A stretch of DNA of 35,504 bases, from the NCBI GenBank assembly GCA_030605515.1, contig JAUWIE010000063.1, positions 1 through 35,504 of the forward strand, read 5' to 3'. The notes beneath the pieces are model-generated. The model was not told where the DNA came from. It was given only the letters and a program-made list of their open reading frames with translations, and did not search any database. Source of the DNA: Thermoplasmatota archaeon (GTDB lineage: Archaea; Thermoplasmatota; E2; DHVEG-1). Both the position numbers and the translations under genes were made by a program. Below, in pieces: positions 18,211-28,500 of the stretch. Each line of letters begins with the position of its first letter. The stretch's first letter is position 1.

Positions 18211-20075
18211 AGAAGTTGTCAAACCCCAAAGAATTGGAGAAACTGAGAAAGACCATTCAAAACAGAAGGGACCCTAATAAACCAGTAGTTACCATCTGCG
18301 GTGGAACAGGATGTCAAGCTTCCGGATGTGAACATATAATCGAAACGTTCAAAAAGGAGATAATAAAGCAGAGTCTTCAGGAGAAGATCGATGTTCGAAT
18401 CACTGGATGTCATGGATTCTGTGAAAAAGGTCCACTCGTTGTCATATACCCAAGTAAAATTTTTTATCCAATGGTGAAATCAAAGGATGTTTCTAGAATC
18501 ATCTCGGAAACTGTGGTAAATAATAAAGTCATTGAGGAATTGCTTTATGTCGACCCTAGCTCAGGTGAAAGAATAACCTATGAGGATGATATACCATTCT
18601 ATAAAAAACAAACTAGAACAATCTTCGGTAGTAACGGCAAAATTGATCCAAAAAACATCGAGGACTATATTGCCATAAGCGGATACTCAGCTCTTGAAAA
18701 AGTTCTCCCTAGCATGAAACCCCAAGATGTTATAGATGAAGTAAAAAAATCAGGTCTTAGAGGTCGAGGTGGTGGCGGTTTCCGTACAGGTCAAAAATGG
18801 GAATCCTGCAGCAAAGCAAAGGGCAAACAGAAGTATATTATATGTAACGCTGACGAAGGCGATCCCGGTGCATACATGGACCGGAGCATCCTTGAAGGCA
18901 ATTCACACAGCGTGATTGAAGGTATGATCCTCGGTGCTTTTGCAATAGATTCTAATCATGGTTATATCTACGTAAGGGCTGAATACCCACTTGCGGTTAA
19001 GCATTTTTCAATCGCCTTAAATCAGGCAAGAAAACTTGGACTTTTAGGGAAAAATATACTGAACTCCGGTTTTGATTTCGATATCAAAATCTATCAAGGC
19101 GGGGGTGCATTTGTATGCGGCGAGTCATCAGCCCTCATTCAATCCATCGAGGGGAACGTCGGTGAGCCAAGAGCAAAACATATTCATGCAACTGAACGTG
19201 GTCTATGGGACTGCCCCACAGTAATTAACAACGTTGAAACCTGGGCTAATATTCCATTAATTATTAACAAAGGAGCTAAATGGTATGCTAGCATTGGAAC
19301 AGAAAAAAGCAAGGGAACAAAGATATTCTCTCTCGTTGGAAAAATAAATAACACGGGTCTGGTAGAAGTACCAATGGGTATGACCATCAAAGAAATCGTG
19401 TTTGATATCGGGGGTGGAATCCCTAATGACAAAGAGTTTAAAGCAATACAGACAGGAGGGCCATCTGGTGGATGCATACCGAGATCCCTTATGGACATGC
19501 CTATTGATTTTGACGAGTTGAAGCGCGCAGGTTCCATGATGGGTTCCGGTGGCATGATTGTGATGGATGAAGACACATGCATGGTTGATGTCGCCCGGTA
19601 CTTTATGGAATTCAATCTTGACGAATCATGCGGTAAATGTTCATCATGCAGAGAAGGCAACGCTCGGATGTTAGAAATATTAGAGGATATCTGCGTGGGG
19701 AAAGGCAATGAGAACTCTATACCATTGCTTGAAGAATTATCTGAATACATCAAGGAGACATCGCTTTGTGGACTTGGAAAAACTGCTCCCAATCCAGTGC
19801 TGACGACTTTGAAATATTTTAAAGATGAGTATCTCTCCCATATACAAAAAAAAGAATGCCCAGCTAAGGTATGTAAGCCTCTAATATTCTATGAGATAAA
19901 CTCGGAGGATTGTACCGGTTGCGGTATGTGTGCTAAAAAATGTCCAGTAAATGCTATAACTGGTGAAAAAAAGAAACCACACACCATAGACAAAGACATA
20001 TGCACGAAATGTGGGACATGTATAGCAACGTGCAAATTCAACGCCATACAAGTTAAAACAGGAGAGAAAAAGTGA
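18207..20075 (+). CDS. NuoF/HydB/HoxF-type NAD(H)- and FMN-binding subunit, with an N-terminal [2Fe-2S] thioredoxin-like domain and a C-terminal 2x[4Fe-4S] ferredoxin
   Basis: 622 aa with [16 protein letters not shown] (FMN site), [14 protein letters not shown] (NADH site), [12 protein letters not shown] and [12 protein letters not shown] (N3-type cluster). The C-terminus has [12 protein letters not shown] and [11 protein letters not shown]. The start overlaps the upstream stop by 4 nt (ATGA). Confidence 0.88.
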   Translation: MKKLSNPKELEKLRKTIQNRRDPNKPVVTICGGTGCQASGCEHIIETFKKEIIKQSLQEKIDVRITGCHGFCEKGPLVVIYPSKIFYPMVKSKDVSRIISETVVNNKVIEELLYVDPSSGERITYEDDIPFYKKQTRTIFGSNGKIDPKNIEDYIAISGYSALEKVLPSMKPQDVIDEVKKSGLRGRGGGGFRTGQKWESCSKAKGKQKYIICNADEGDPGAYMDRSILEGNSHSVIEGMILGAFAIDSNHGYIYVRAEYPLAVKHFSIALNQARKLGLLGKNILNSGFDFDIKIYQGGGAFVCGESSALIQSIEGNVGEPRAKHIHATERGLWDCPTVINNVETWANIPLIINKGAKWYASIGTEKSKGTKIFSLVGKINNTGLVEVPMGMTIKEIVFDIGGGIPNDKEFKAIQTGGPSGGCIPRSLMDMPIDFDELKRAGSMMGSGGMIVMDEDTCMVDVARYFMEFNLDESCGKCSSCREGNARMLEILEDICVGKGNENSIPLLEELSEYIKETSLCGLGKTAPNPVLTTLKYFKDEYLSHIQKKECPAKVCKPLIFYEINSEDCTGCGMCAKKCPVNAITGEKKKPHTIDKDICTKCGTCIATCKFNAIQVKTGEKK

Positions 20076-23000
20076 ATACAGTTACAATAGAGATCAACGG
20101 ATCTAAGTATGAAACTGAAAAAGGAAAAACTGTTCTTGAAGTTGCTAATGAGAACAACATCGAAATACCTACTCTGTGCTATCACAAGGCTCTGAATCCC
20201 TATGGAGCCTGTAGACTATGTGTAGTGGAAATACTAAAAGACGGTTGGTCTGAGCTTACTACTTCATGCACGCTACCAGTAAATGATGGGTTGAGGGTAC
20301 AGACTGATTCTGAAAAAGTGGTTAAAAGCCGAAAGATGACAATTGAACTATTACTAGCACGTTGCCCAGAGGAAGAAGTATTACTCGAACTTGCAGAAGA
20401 ATATGGTATCGAGAAACCAAGATTCAAGAAAAAAGATGACAACTGCATTTTGTGCGGGCTTTGCGTAAGAATGTGTGAACGTATGGGGCCAAAAGCAATT
20501 AGTTTCATAAACCGAGGTTCTGATCGCAAGGTTAAACCACCATTTGAAGAACATTCTGAGGTATGTCAAACCTGTGGTGCTTGTGCATTTATTTGCCCTA
20601 CCAGTGCAATTAATCTTGAGGAAATCACAAAAAACAAACCAATCCCTATTCTCGATGAATTTGATATGGGTCTAAGAAAACGATCAGTGATGCATATTTC
20701 ATATCCTCAGGCCGTTCCAAACTGGCCGGTTATTGATTCTGAGCATTGCATCCATTTACAGACAGATCAATGCGGTATCTGCAAGGACTCTTGCGAAGCA
20801 GATGCTATTGACTATGACCAAAAGGAGCAAGAACTTGAGATTGATGTTGGCTCTGTTATTTTATCCCCAGGTTTTGAGGAATATACTCTGCCAAAGGGGG
20901 ATAGCTATGGATACCGTGTGTATCCAAATGTGTTGACAAGTATCGAGTTTGAACGTATTCTCTCTGCTTCTGGTCCTTATCAAGGGCATATTAAACGTAT
21001 TTCTGATGGTAAATCTCCTAAGAAAATTGCATGGTTGCAGTGCGTCGGCTCTCGTGACGAAAGCTGCGATAGAAAATATTGTTCTTCAGTTTGTTGTATG
21101 TATGCTACGAAAGAAGCGGTGATTGCAAAGGAGCATCAGCCAGATGTTGAATCCCATATTTATTTCATGGATATGCGTTCGTTTGGTAAGGATTTTGATA
21201 AATATTTTGCCCGAGCTCAAGATGAATATGGAGTAGTATACCGGCGGTGTCGCATTCCAAGGGTGGAGCAGGATAGAACAACGAAGAATCTCATCATTCG
21301 TTATGTTGACGAAGATGGAAGCCTTAAGAAAGAAACATATGATATGGTCGTGTTGTCTGTTGGACTACAGCCATGTAAAGCGCTGGGGAATCTGAGCAAG
21401 ATTCTTGATGTTAATCTAAATGAATATGGTTTTGTTGAGACTGATCCGTTCTCACCAGTTAATACCTCACAGAAAGGTATCTATGCATCAGGGACAGTTA
21501 CAGAGCCAAAGGATATTCCTGAGAGTGTTACGCAGGCTTCTGCAGCTGCAGCAGAGGCAGCAAAGAATATTTTTGAGGTTCGTGGGACAGAGATTACTGA
21601 AAAAGTGTATCCTAAGGAGAAGCAGGTAAGTGCTGAGTTCCCACGTATCGGTGTGTTTGTCTGTCATTGTGGAATCAACATTGCTGGTGTTGTTGATGTA
21701 AAACAGGTAGTTGAATATGCAAAGACGTTGCCGTACGTTGTGCATGCTGATGACAGCATCTTCACGTGTTCTCAGGACTCTCAGGAGATGATTAAGGAGA
21801 AGATACAGGAGTTTAATCTGAATCGTGTGGTAATTGCTTCTTGTACACCTCGGACGCATGAGCCATTGTTTCAGGATACCTTACGTGAGGCAGGTTTGAA
21901 TCCTCATCTTTTTGAGATGGCAAATATACGTGATCAGAATTCATGGGTGCATAAGAACGTTCCTCGGAGTGCAACGCAGAAGGCGATTGATGCAGTGAGG
22001 ATGGCAGTGTCAAAATCAACAGATTTGTATCCGGTTCATCATCTGAAGATCCCAGTTGTTCATAATGCACTGGTGATTGGTGGTGGTATCTCCGGTATGC
22101 AGTCTGCATTGTCTATTGCAGATCAAGGATATGAAGTGTTTCTTGTTGAGCGGGAACCCGTGCTTGGTGGTCATCTGAGAGATATCTATCTTGGTGTTAA
22201 CGGTGAGCAGCCGCAGGAACTATTGAAGGAGACTGTTGAAAAGGTGAATGGTCATTCGAGAATTCAGGTGTTTACGGGTACAACAGTTGAAGCTGTCTCA
22301 GGTTATGTTGGTAATTTTAAGACAAAGCTAACGTCAGAAGATAAAAAGGTACCTGCAGAGATAGAGCATGGTATTATTGTAGTGGCTTCTGGAGGGTTAC
22401 CGTATGAGCCAGTTGAGTATCAGTATGCAAAAAGTGATGAAATTGTTACGCAGACGGAGTTTGAAAAAGACTTGTTTGATGGTAAGTCTTATCTGAAGAA
22501 ACTCCAAGAAGTCGTGATGATCCAATGTGTCGGCTCACGGAATGATGAGCATCCGTATTGCAGTCGGGTGTGTTGTTCTCAGGCGTTGAAGAATGCGTTA
22601 AGGTTCAAAGAGATTAATCCAGATGCTACCGTGTATATCTTGTATCGAGATATTCGTACGTATGGTTTCCGTGAAGATGTTTTGTATCAGAAGGCACGGA
22701 AAAAAGGGATTTTGTTTGTGCGATATGACGAGAATGAAGAACCTGAGGTTAATATTGATAAGGGAAATATTACGGTTAAAACCTTTGAGCGGGTACTTCG
22801 TAGGCCGCTTCATCTACATCCGGATAAACTAGTGTTAAGCACAGGGATTATCCCAGCGGATAACATGGTATTAGCCAAACAGTTGAAGATTCCCTTAAAT
22901 GCTGATAATTTTTATGCTGAAGCACATGTGAAACTGCGCCCTGTTGATTTTTCAGCCGATGGCATCTTCTTGTGTGGTCTTGCACATTCACCGCGTTTTA

Positions 23001-23311
23001 TCGAGGAGTCGATATTGCAGGCGAAGGCTACTAGCGCCCGAGCAGCGACGATACTGTCAAAGGAATATTTGGAGACAAAGGGAAATATTGCCTATGTGAC
23101 CTCGCGGAACTGCGCGGGATGTAAACTATGTATTGAAGCATGTCCATATGATGCAATCACGTTTGATGAAGAGAAGAAAATTGTTGAGGTGAATGAAATT
23201 TTATGCCAGGGCTGTGGTGCATGTTCGGCAGTATGTCCAAGTGGTGTATCGCAGCAGAATACGTTTACGAAACGGCAGATTCTGTCGATGGTTGATGCTT
23301 GTTTGGAGTGA
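20072..23311 (+). CDS. Giant fusion: NuoG/HydA-N-terminal-like [2Fe-2S]+2x[4Fe-4S] module, then the C-terminal remainder of a split HdrA FAD domain, then a second complete HdrA-like module
   Basis: 1079 aa. Residues 1-185 (LCYH..GACRLC..SC; [11 protein letters not shown]; [12 protein letters not shown]) resemble the NuoG N-terminus. From about aa 195 ([22 protein letters not shown]...[19 protein letters not shown]) the protein aligns with HdrA exactly where ORF 17326 stops. From about nt 21640 comes a new HdrA N-domain ([14 protein letters not shown]), FAD fold ([16 protein letters not shown]) and C-terminal ferredoxin. The GTG start overlaps the upstream stop by 4 nt. Confidence 0.85.
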   Translation: MNTVTIEINGSKYETEKGKTVLEVANENNIEIPTLCYHKALNPYGACRLCVVEILKDGWSELTTSCTLPVNDGLRVQTDSEKVVKSRKMTIELLLARCPEEEVLLELAEEYGIEKPRFKKKDDNCILCGLCVRMCERMGPKAISFINRGSDRKVKPPFEEHSEVCQTCGACAFICPTSAINLEEITKNKPIPILDEFDMGLRKRSVMHISYPQAVPNWPVIDSEHCIHLQTDQCGICKDSCEADAIDYDQKEQELEIDVGSVILSPGFEEYTLPKGDSYGYRVYPNVLTSIEFERILSASGPYQGHIKRISDGKSPKKIAWLQCVGSRDESCDRKYCSSVCCMYATKEAVIAKEHQPDVESHIYFMDMRSFGKDFDKYFARAQDEYGVVYRRCRIPRVEQDRTTKNLIIRYVDEDGSLKKETYDMVVLSVGLQPCKALGNLSKILDVNLNEYGFVETDPFSPVNTSQKGIYASGTVTEPKDIPESVTQASAAAAEAAKNIFEVRGTEITEKVYPKEKQVSAEFPRIGVFVCHCGINIAGVVDVKQVVEYAKTLPYVVHADDSIFTCSQDSQEMIKEKIQEFNLNRVVIASCTPRTHEPLFQDTLREAGLNPHLFEMANIRDQNSWVHKNVPRSATQKAIDAVRMAVSKSTDLYPVHHLKIPVVHNALVIGGGISGMQSALSIADQGYEVFLVEREPVLGGHLRDIYLGVNGEQPQELLKETVEKVNGHSRIQVFTGTTVEAVSGYVGNFKTKLTSEDKKVPAEIEHGIIVVASGGLPYEPVEYQYAKSDEIVTQTEFEKDLFDGKSYLKKLQEVVMIQCVGSRNDEHPYCSRVCCSQALKNALRFKEINPDATVYILYRDIRTYGFREDVLYQKARKKGILFVRYDENEEPEVNIDKGNITVKTFERVLRRPLHLHPDKLVLSTGIIPADNMVLAKQLKIPLNADNFYAEAHVKLRPVDFSADGIFLCGLAHSPRFIEESILQAKATSARAATILSKEYLETKGNIAYVTSRNCAGCKLCIEACPYDAITFDEEKKIVEVNEILCQGCGACSAVCPSGVSQQNTFTKRQILSMVDACLE

Positions 23312-23318
23312 TAAAAAA

Positions 23319-23768
23319 ATGGTAGAAGAAAAAAAGGAGTCTAAAAAGAACGAATTTGAACCAAAAATTGTCGGTTTTCTCTGCAACTGGTGTAGCTATG
23401 CCGGTGCAGATCTTGCTGGGACAAGCCGTATTCAATATCCACCGAATGTTCGAATTATCCGTGTGATGTGTTCAGGGTCTGTGGATTCTGTATATATACT
23501 GCGTGCGTTGCTTGAGGGTGCTGATGGTGTGTTTGTTGGTGGCTGTCATCCTGGTGATTGTCATTATCTTGATGGGAATTATAAGGCTCGACGGCGGATG
23601 GTTTTACTTCGTGATATTTTGGATACGTTGGGTTTGGAACAAGAAAGGGTGTGGATTCGTTGGATTTCAGCATCCGAGGGGCAGCAGTTTGCAGAGACAA
23701 TGAGAGAGATGACTGAGGCGATTAGAAAGCTTGGTCCCACTCCTATTACAAAACAATGGAATATATGA
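23319..23768 (+). CDS. mvhD: MvhD-like (methyl-viologen-reducing hydrogenase delta subunit family) [2Fe-2S] electron-transfer protein
   Basis: 149 aa counted from the internal ATG at 23319, with the typical IVGFLCNWCSYAGADLAG...RVMCSG...GCHPGDCHY. The tracked start at 23193 would overlap 119 nt of the upstream gene in another frame, so I reject it. Confidence 0.88.
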   Translation: MVEEKKESKKNEFEPKIVGFLCNWCSYAGADLAGTSRIQYPPNVRIIRVMCSGSVDSVYILRALLEGADGVFVGGCHPGDCHYLDGNYKARRRMVLLRDILDTLGLEQERVWIRWISASEGQQFAETMREMTEAIRKLGPTPITKQWNI

Positions 23769-23783
23769 GGTATGGTGTAAAGT

Positions 23784-24902
23784 ATGACTGATAAAATCTT
23801 AAAAGTTAAAAATGGGGATGTTGCCGGTTCAGTTAACGAGTTTTTGAAAGAACTGTTGAAGTCAGGCAAGGTTCATGCGTTGTTGGTTATGCAGGAGGTT
23901 CCGTCGAAAAAGATATCGTTTCCTGTGTTAATTTCTGATCCGGGTCAGTTAAATGCAAATGTTTTTGCTCCTGTTTTGCCTGTGTCAACAGCATCGATTG
24001 TTTCAAAGATAACGAAGTTTCAAGCTGCAGAGAAGCTGGTTGGCGTAGTGATGCATCCATGTCAGATTCGTGCGCTAGTTGAGCTGGTAAAATTGAATCA
24101 AGCCAGCTTGGAGAATATCGTTATTATTGGAGTGGATTGTTTGGGTACCTTTCCATTGAATATCTACACTGATTTCCCTGAAAAGAAGATACCTACACAG
24201 TTTATACTTGATGCATTTAAAAACAAAAGTAAGGAGGCTGAGAAGTATCTGCGTTCGGCGTGTCTTGTATGTAAAGATCCAGTTCCCGTGAATGCTGATA
24301 TTGTCCTTGGACTGTATGGTGCTGATATAGGTAAAGAAGTTTTTGTTGAGGTTTGTACTGATGCTGGTAAAAAACTGCTTGATGGTATAAAGCTTGATAG
24401 TAAGGATGTGAAAGGTCGTGAGAATGCAGTAAAAGTTGTCCGTGAAGATAAGGCAAATAAGCGTGATGAGTTTGTTAAAAAGAAAAGTTCATTGAAGGGC
24501 ATTAAGGTGTTGTCTGAGTTTTTTGACAAGTGTGTAAATTGTCATAACTGTATGAAGGCGTGTCCGATTTGTTATTGTAAAGAATGTTTGTTTGATTCAT
24601 CCGTGTTCGATGCTGAGGCGTATAAGTTCCTTCGAAAGGCAGAGAGCAAGGGTTTGTTTAAGATGCCGAATGATTCCATTCTTTTCCATCTGGGACGGAT
24701 GAATCATATGATTCTTTCATGTGTAGAGTGTGGGCTGTGCGAGCAGGCATGTCCAAGTGATATTCTATTGATGGATGTGTTTATCCCTGCTGCTGAAAGT
24801 GCGCAGAAAGAGTTTGATTATCATCCAGGAAAAGATCCTGAGGAGAAGATCCCAATGGTTGTCTATCAAGAGGATGAGTATGTGGAAGTAGGGGAAGCAT
24901 AA
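23784..24902 (+). CDS. FrhB/FdhB-family-like (F420/flavin-binding beta-subunit-type) protein with two C-terminal [4Fe-4S] motifs
   Basis: 372 aa. The N-terminal half has an FrhB-like pattern (VHALLV...GVVMHPCQIRALVEL...IIGVDCLGTF). The C-terminal half has CVNCHNCMKACPICYC and CVECGLCEQACP. The assignment rests on motif resemblance only. Confidence 0.55.
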   Translation: MTDKILKVKNGDVAGSVNEFLKELLKSGKVHALLVMQEVPSKKISFPVLISDPGQLNANVFAPVLPVSTASIVSKITKFQAAEKLVGVVMHPCQIRALVELVKLNQASLENIVIIGVDCLGTFPLNIYTDFPEKKIPTQFILDAFKNKSKEAEKYLRSACLVCKDPVPVNADIVLGLYGADIGKEVFVEVCTDAGKKLLDGIKLDSKDVKGRENAVKVVREDKANKRDEFVKKKSSLKGIKVLSEFFDKCVNCHNCMKACPICYCKECLFDSSVFDAEAYKFLRKAESKGLFKMPNDSILFHLGRMNHMILSCVECGLCEQACPSDILLMDVFIPAAESAQKEFDYHPGKDPEEKIPMVVYQEDEYVEVGEA

Positions 24903-24903
24903 T

Positions 24904-25563
24904 ATGGATGTGATTGACTCCCGTAAGGTCGACCAAAATTTCAAGTTTCAGATAGCTAGTGAAGAAGGTGGAGAGGGAATCTTGAAATGTTTTGCATGTG
25001 GGTCATGTACAGCGCGGTGTCCTGAGATGGATGTGAAACCTGAATGGAATCCTCGTGTAATTATCCGGAAGGCGTTGCTGGGTTTAAAAGAGGAGGTGTT
25101 GTCAAGTGAGTTTATTTGGATTTGCAGTGCGCATTACCGCTGTCTGGAAAAATGTCCCCAGGGCGTCAATGTCAAAGAGGTCATGAATGCGGTTCGTAAT
25201 GCACGACTACTTGAAGAACAAACTGAGGATGCAACAGGGAAAATTGCAAAGAAGGTGCTTGATCTTGATTTCAAATATAAGATTGTTACTGATGAGTCTG
25301 GGAAAGACTTGTATGAATGTTTTTCATGTGGGACATGCACAGCAGGTTGTCCAGAGCGAGAGCTTGATCCTTTATATTCACCGCGGAAAGTTATTAAAAA
25401 TGTGTTGCTGGGGATGAAGGATTCCGTGTTTTCTAATAAGTTTGTTGAGATTTGTTCAACACATCATCGGTGTTTTACACAGTGTCCGCAAGGCGTTGAG
25501 ATTCCAAAGTTGATGAATGCGATAAAAAAAATTGCAGAAAGAGAAGGATACAGGAGACCGTAG
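24904..25563 (+). CDS. Internally duplicated HdrC-like iron-sulfur protein (two tandem HdrC modules)
   Basis: 219 aa with two colinear repeats. Repeat 1 is CFACGSCTARCPE...NPRVIIRKALLG...WICSAHYRCLEKCPQGV. Repeat 2 is CFSCGTCTAGCPE...SPRKVIKNVLLG...EICSTHHRCFTQCPQGV. Confidence 0.8.
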   Translation: MDVIDSRKVDQNFKFQIASEEGGEGILKCFACGSCTARCPEMDVKPEWNPRVIIRKALLGLKEEVLSSEFIWICSAHYRCLEKCPQGVNVKEVMNAVRNARLLEEQTEDATGKIAKKVLDLDFKYKIVTDESGKDLYECFSCGTCTAGCPERELDPLYSPRKVIKNVLLGMKDSVFSNKFVEICSTHHRCFTQCPQGVEIPKLMNAIKKIAEREGYRRP

Positions 25564-25570
25564 AATAGTT

Positions 25571-28500
25571 ATGGCGAAGAAATCTGAAATGGTTGGAGCA
25601 GTTGCTGTTGTCGGCGGTGGGATTGCTGGTGTGCAGTCATCACTTGATCTTGCAGATATGGGTTTTAAGGTTTATCTGTTGGAGAAGTCACCGGCGATTG
25701 GTGGGGTGATGGCTCAGCTGGATAAAACGTTTCCAACAAATGACTGTTCAATGTGTATATTATCCCCGAAGCTTGTTGATTGCGTACGTCATGCAAATAT
25801 CAAGTTATTTACAAATACGGAAGTGAAGAAAATTGAAGGGAAACCTGGAAACTTTGTTGTCAAGGCATTAAAGAAACCCAGGTATGTTGACTTGGAGAAA
25901 TGTACGTCATGTGGTGATTGTGAAGAGGTTTGTCCAATTAAACTTCCGAACACGTTTGAACAGGGACTGTCTGATCGGAAAGCAATCTATAAACTGTATC
26001 CTCAGGCGATTCCAAATGCATATGTAATTGATAAAGAGGGTGACGGGGAGCATCGTGGCTGCGTTGATTGTATGAAATGTGTGGATGCATGTAAGGTTGG
26101 TGCGATTAACCATGATGAGAAACCAGAGAACCTTAAGTTTGATGTCGGTGCGGTGATTGTTGCAGCTGGTTCTAAGCCGTTTAACCCAATAATTAAACCT
26201 GAGTTTGGGTACAAACAATATAAGAATGTGATGACAAGCATAGAGTTTGAACGAGTACTTTCAGCATCTGGCCCCTTTGAAGGAAAGGTTATACGTCCAA
26301 GTGATAAGAAGCCGCCAAAGAAAATCGCGTGGGTTCATTGCGTGGGATCTCGTGATAAATCTGTAGAACATGAATATTGCTCTTCGATGTGTTGTATGTA
26401 TACAGCAAAAGAGGCAGTAATTGCAAAAGAGCACGATGCAGATGTTGAGCCGACCGTGTTCTATATTGATGTTCGTTCGTTTGGTAAGGATTTTGATAAA
26501 TATATTGATCGGGCAAAAAAAGAGCATGGGTTACGATACGTTAGATCAAGGATTTCTGAGATAATGGAGGATCCAAAGACAGAGGATCTTGTTATAAGAT
26601 ATGAGGATGACTCAGGGGAGTTAAAAGAGGAGATGTTTAATCTTGTTGTGTTATCTGTTGGTCTTTGTATTGCTGAAGAACAGCGTGATGAGTTGATTGA
26701 GCAGTTAGGTTTTGAAGTAAATGAGTTTGGTTTTGTTCAAACATGTCCTGATGACCCGGTCGTATTGCGTCCTGGAGTTTTTGTCGCTGGTTCATTTCTG
26801 GAGCCGCAGGCGATCCCTGAGAGTGTGATGCAGGCTTCTGCTGCAGCGGCGAATGCTGCTGCATTGTTGAAGGATGCTAGAGGGACCCTAGTTAAAGAGA
26901 AGCAGTATCCAGCGGAGCGTGATGTTTCTGGTGAGAAACCACGGGTTGGTGTGTTTGTCTGTCATTGCGGCATTAACATAGGTGGATATGTTGATGTCCC
27001 AGCAGTTGTTAAATTTGCAGAATCTCTTGATGACGTAGTATATGCTGAGGCAAATTTGTATACGTGTTCTGAGGATACACAGAAGAGGATAGTTGATGCA
27101 ATTAAGAAACATAATTTGAATAGGATTATAGTAGCAGCATGTACACCACGAACACATGAGCCGTTGTTTCAGAAGAGTCTTCGTGAAGCAGGACTTAATC
27201 CTCATCTTTTTGAGATGACAAATATCCGTGAACAATGCTCATGGGTTCATATGGATAAGTTCAAGGATGCTACGGAGAAGGCGAAACAGCTGGTTGCAAT
27301 GACTGTTGCAAAAACCCGTTTTCTACAGCCGATTCAGGAAGCAGAAATTCCAGTTATACAAAAAGCATTGGTTATAGGTGGTGGGATTGCTGGTATGACC
27401 GCTGCTTTGTCACTTGCGGATCAGGGTTATGAAACAGTACTCGTTGAAAAAGAACCAGTACTTGGTGGCTATCTAAACAAAGTGTATTATACAGTTGATG
27501 GTGTCGACATCGATCAGCTACTGAAGAAGACGGTGGAGAAAGTTCAGAACCATAATCTCATAAAAGTGTATACAGGTTCATCACTGGAGAGTCTGAAAGG
27601 GTATGTTGGGAGTTATGAGTCTGAGATTAAAACATCAAAAGGAACAGTAAAGTTTAGCCATGGTGTGGTTGTTGTTACAGTTGGCGCTAGTGAATATAAA
27701 CCAAATTCGTATCTTTACGGTAAAAATCTGCAGGTGCTGACACAGTTGGAATTGGAAAAAAAACTGAGTGACTGCCAGCAGGATGATATCCATGATGGCG
27801 ATACGTTTGTGATGATTCAGTGTGTTGAGTCACGAGATGAAAAAAGACCTTATTGCAGCCGTATCTGTTGCATGCAAGCAGTGAAAAATGCGATCAGAAT
27901 TAAAGAATTAAGCCCGAAGGCTGAAGTTTTTGTGTTGTATCGTGACTTAATGACATATGGGTTTAAAGAGAAATTCTATAAGGATGCCCGGATGAAGGGT
28001 GTGATGTTTCTACAGTATGATGCAGAAAAAAAACCTATAGTTGATACAAAAGATGGGTTGATGGTTAAGTTTTTTGAGCCGATGCTTCAAAAAAAGTTGG
28101 AGATACCAACAGATACGCTCGTGCTTTCTACTGGTTTGCAGCCTAATCTTGATAACCTAGTTATTGCGCAGATGTTGAAGGTACCGATGAATGATGATGG
28201 GTTCTTTTTAGAGGCACATGTGAAACTACGACCTGTTGATTTCTCCACTCGTGGGGTGTTTGTCGCAGGAAACTGTCATACACCAAAGTTTATTTCTGAG
28301 TCGATCTATCAGGCACAGGCAGCTGCAGCACGTGCGGCGACAATTCTTGCGCAGCCGAAGCTTACAGCAGAGCCAAATATTGCAGTTGTTGATGAAGATC
28401 TTTGTTGTGGCTGTAAGACATGTATTGCAGTATGTCCATATAACGCAATTGACTTGACAGAAGATATAAAAAATGGTAATGTTTCAAACATAAATGAGGG

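Noticed and set aside
19184-19792. Long antisense ORFs inside the hdr/nuo genes, for example 19184..19792 (202 aa), 24164..24529, 21488..21859, 26888..27235 and 16135..16416
   Set aside because: They lie entirely within strongly supported sense-strand genes that carry clear cofactor motifs. Their translations are low-complexity (S/P/L/H-rich), without motifs or SD sequences. They are typical shadow ORFs of a more GC-rich coding region.
23193-23318. Tracked N-terminal extensions of mvhD (start 23193) and of the tandem hdrA (TTG 25532)
   Set aside because: Both extensions overlap the 3' end of the upstream gene in another frame and encode non-conserved, Arg/Val-rich sequence. Internal ATGs at 23319 and 25571 begin right after the upstream stops and give the family-typical N-termini.
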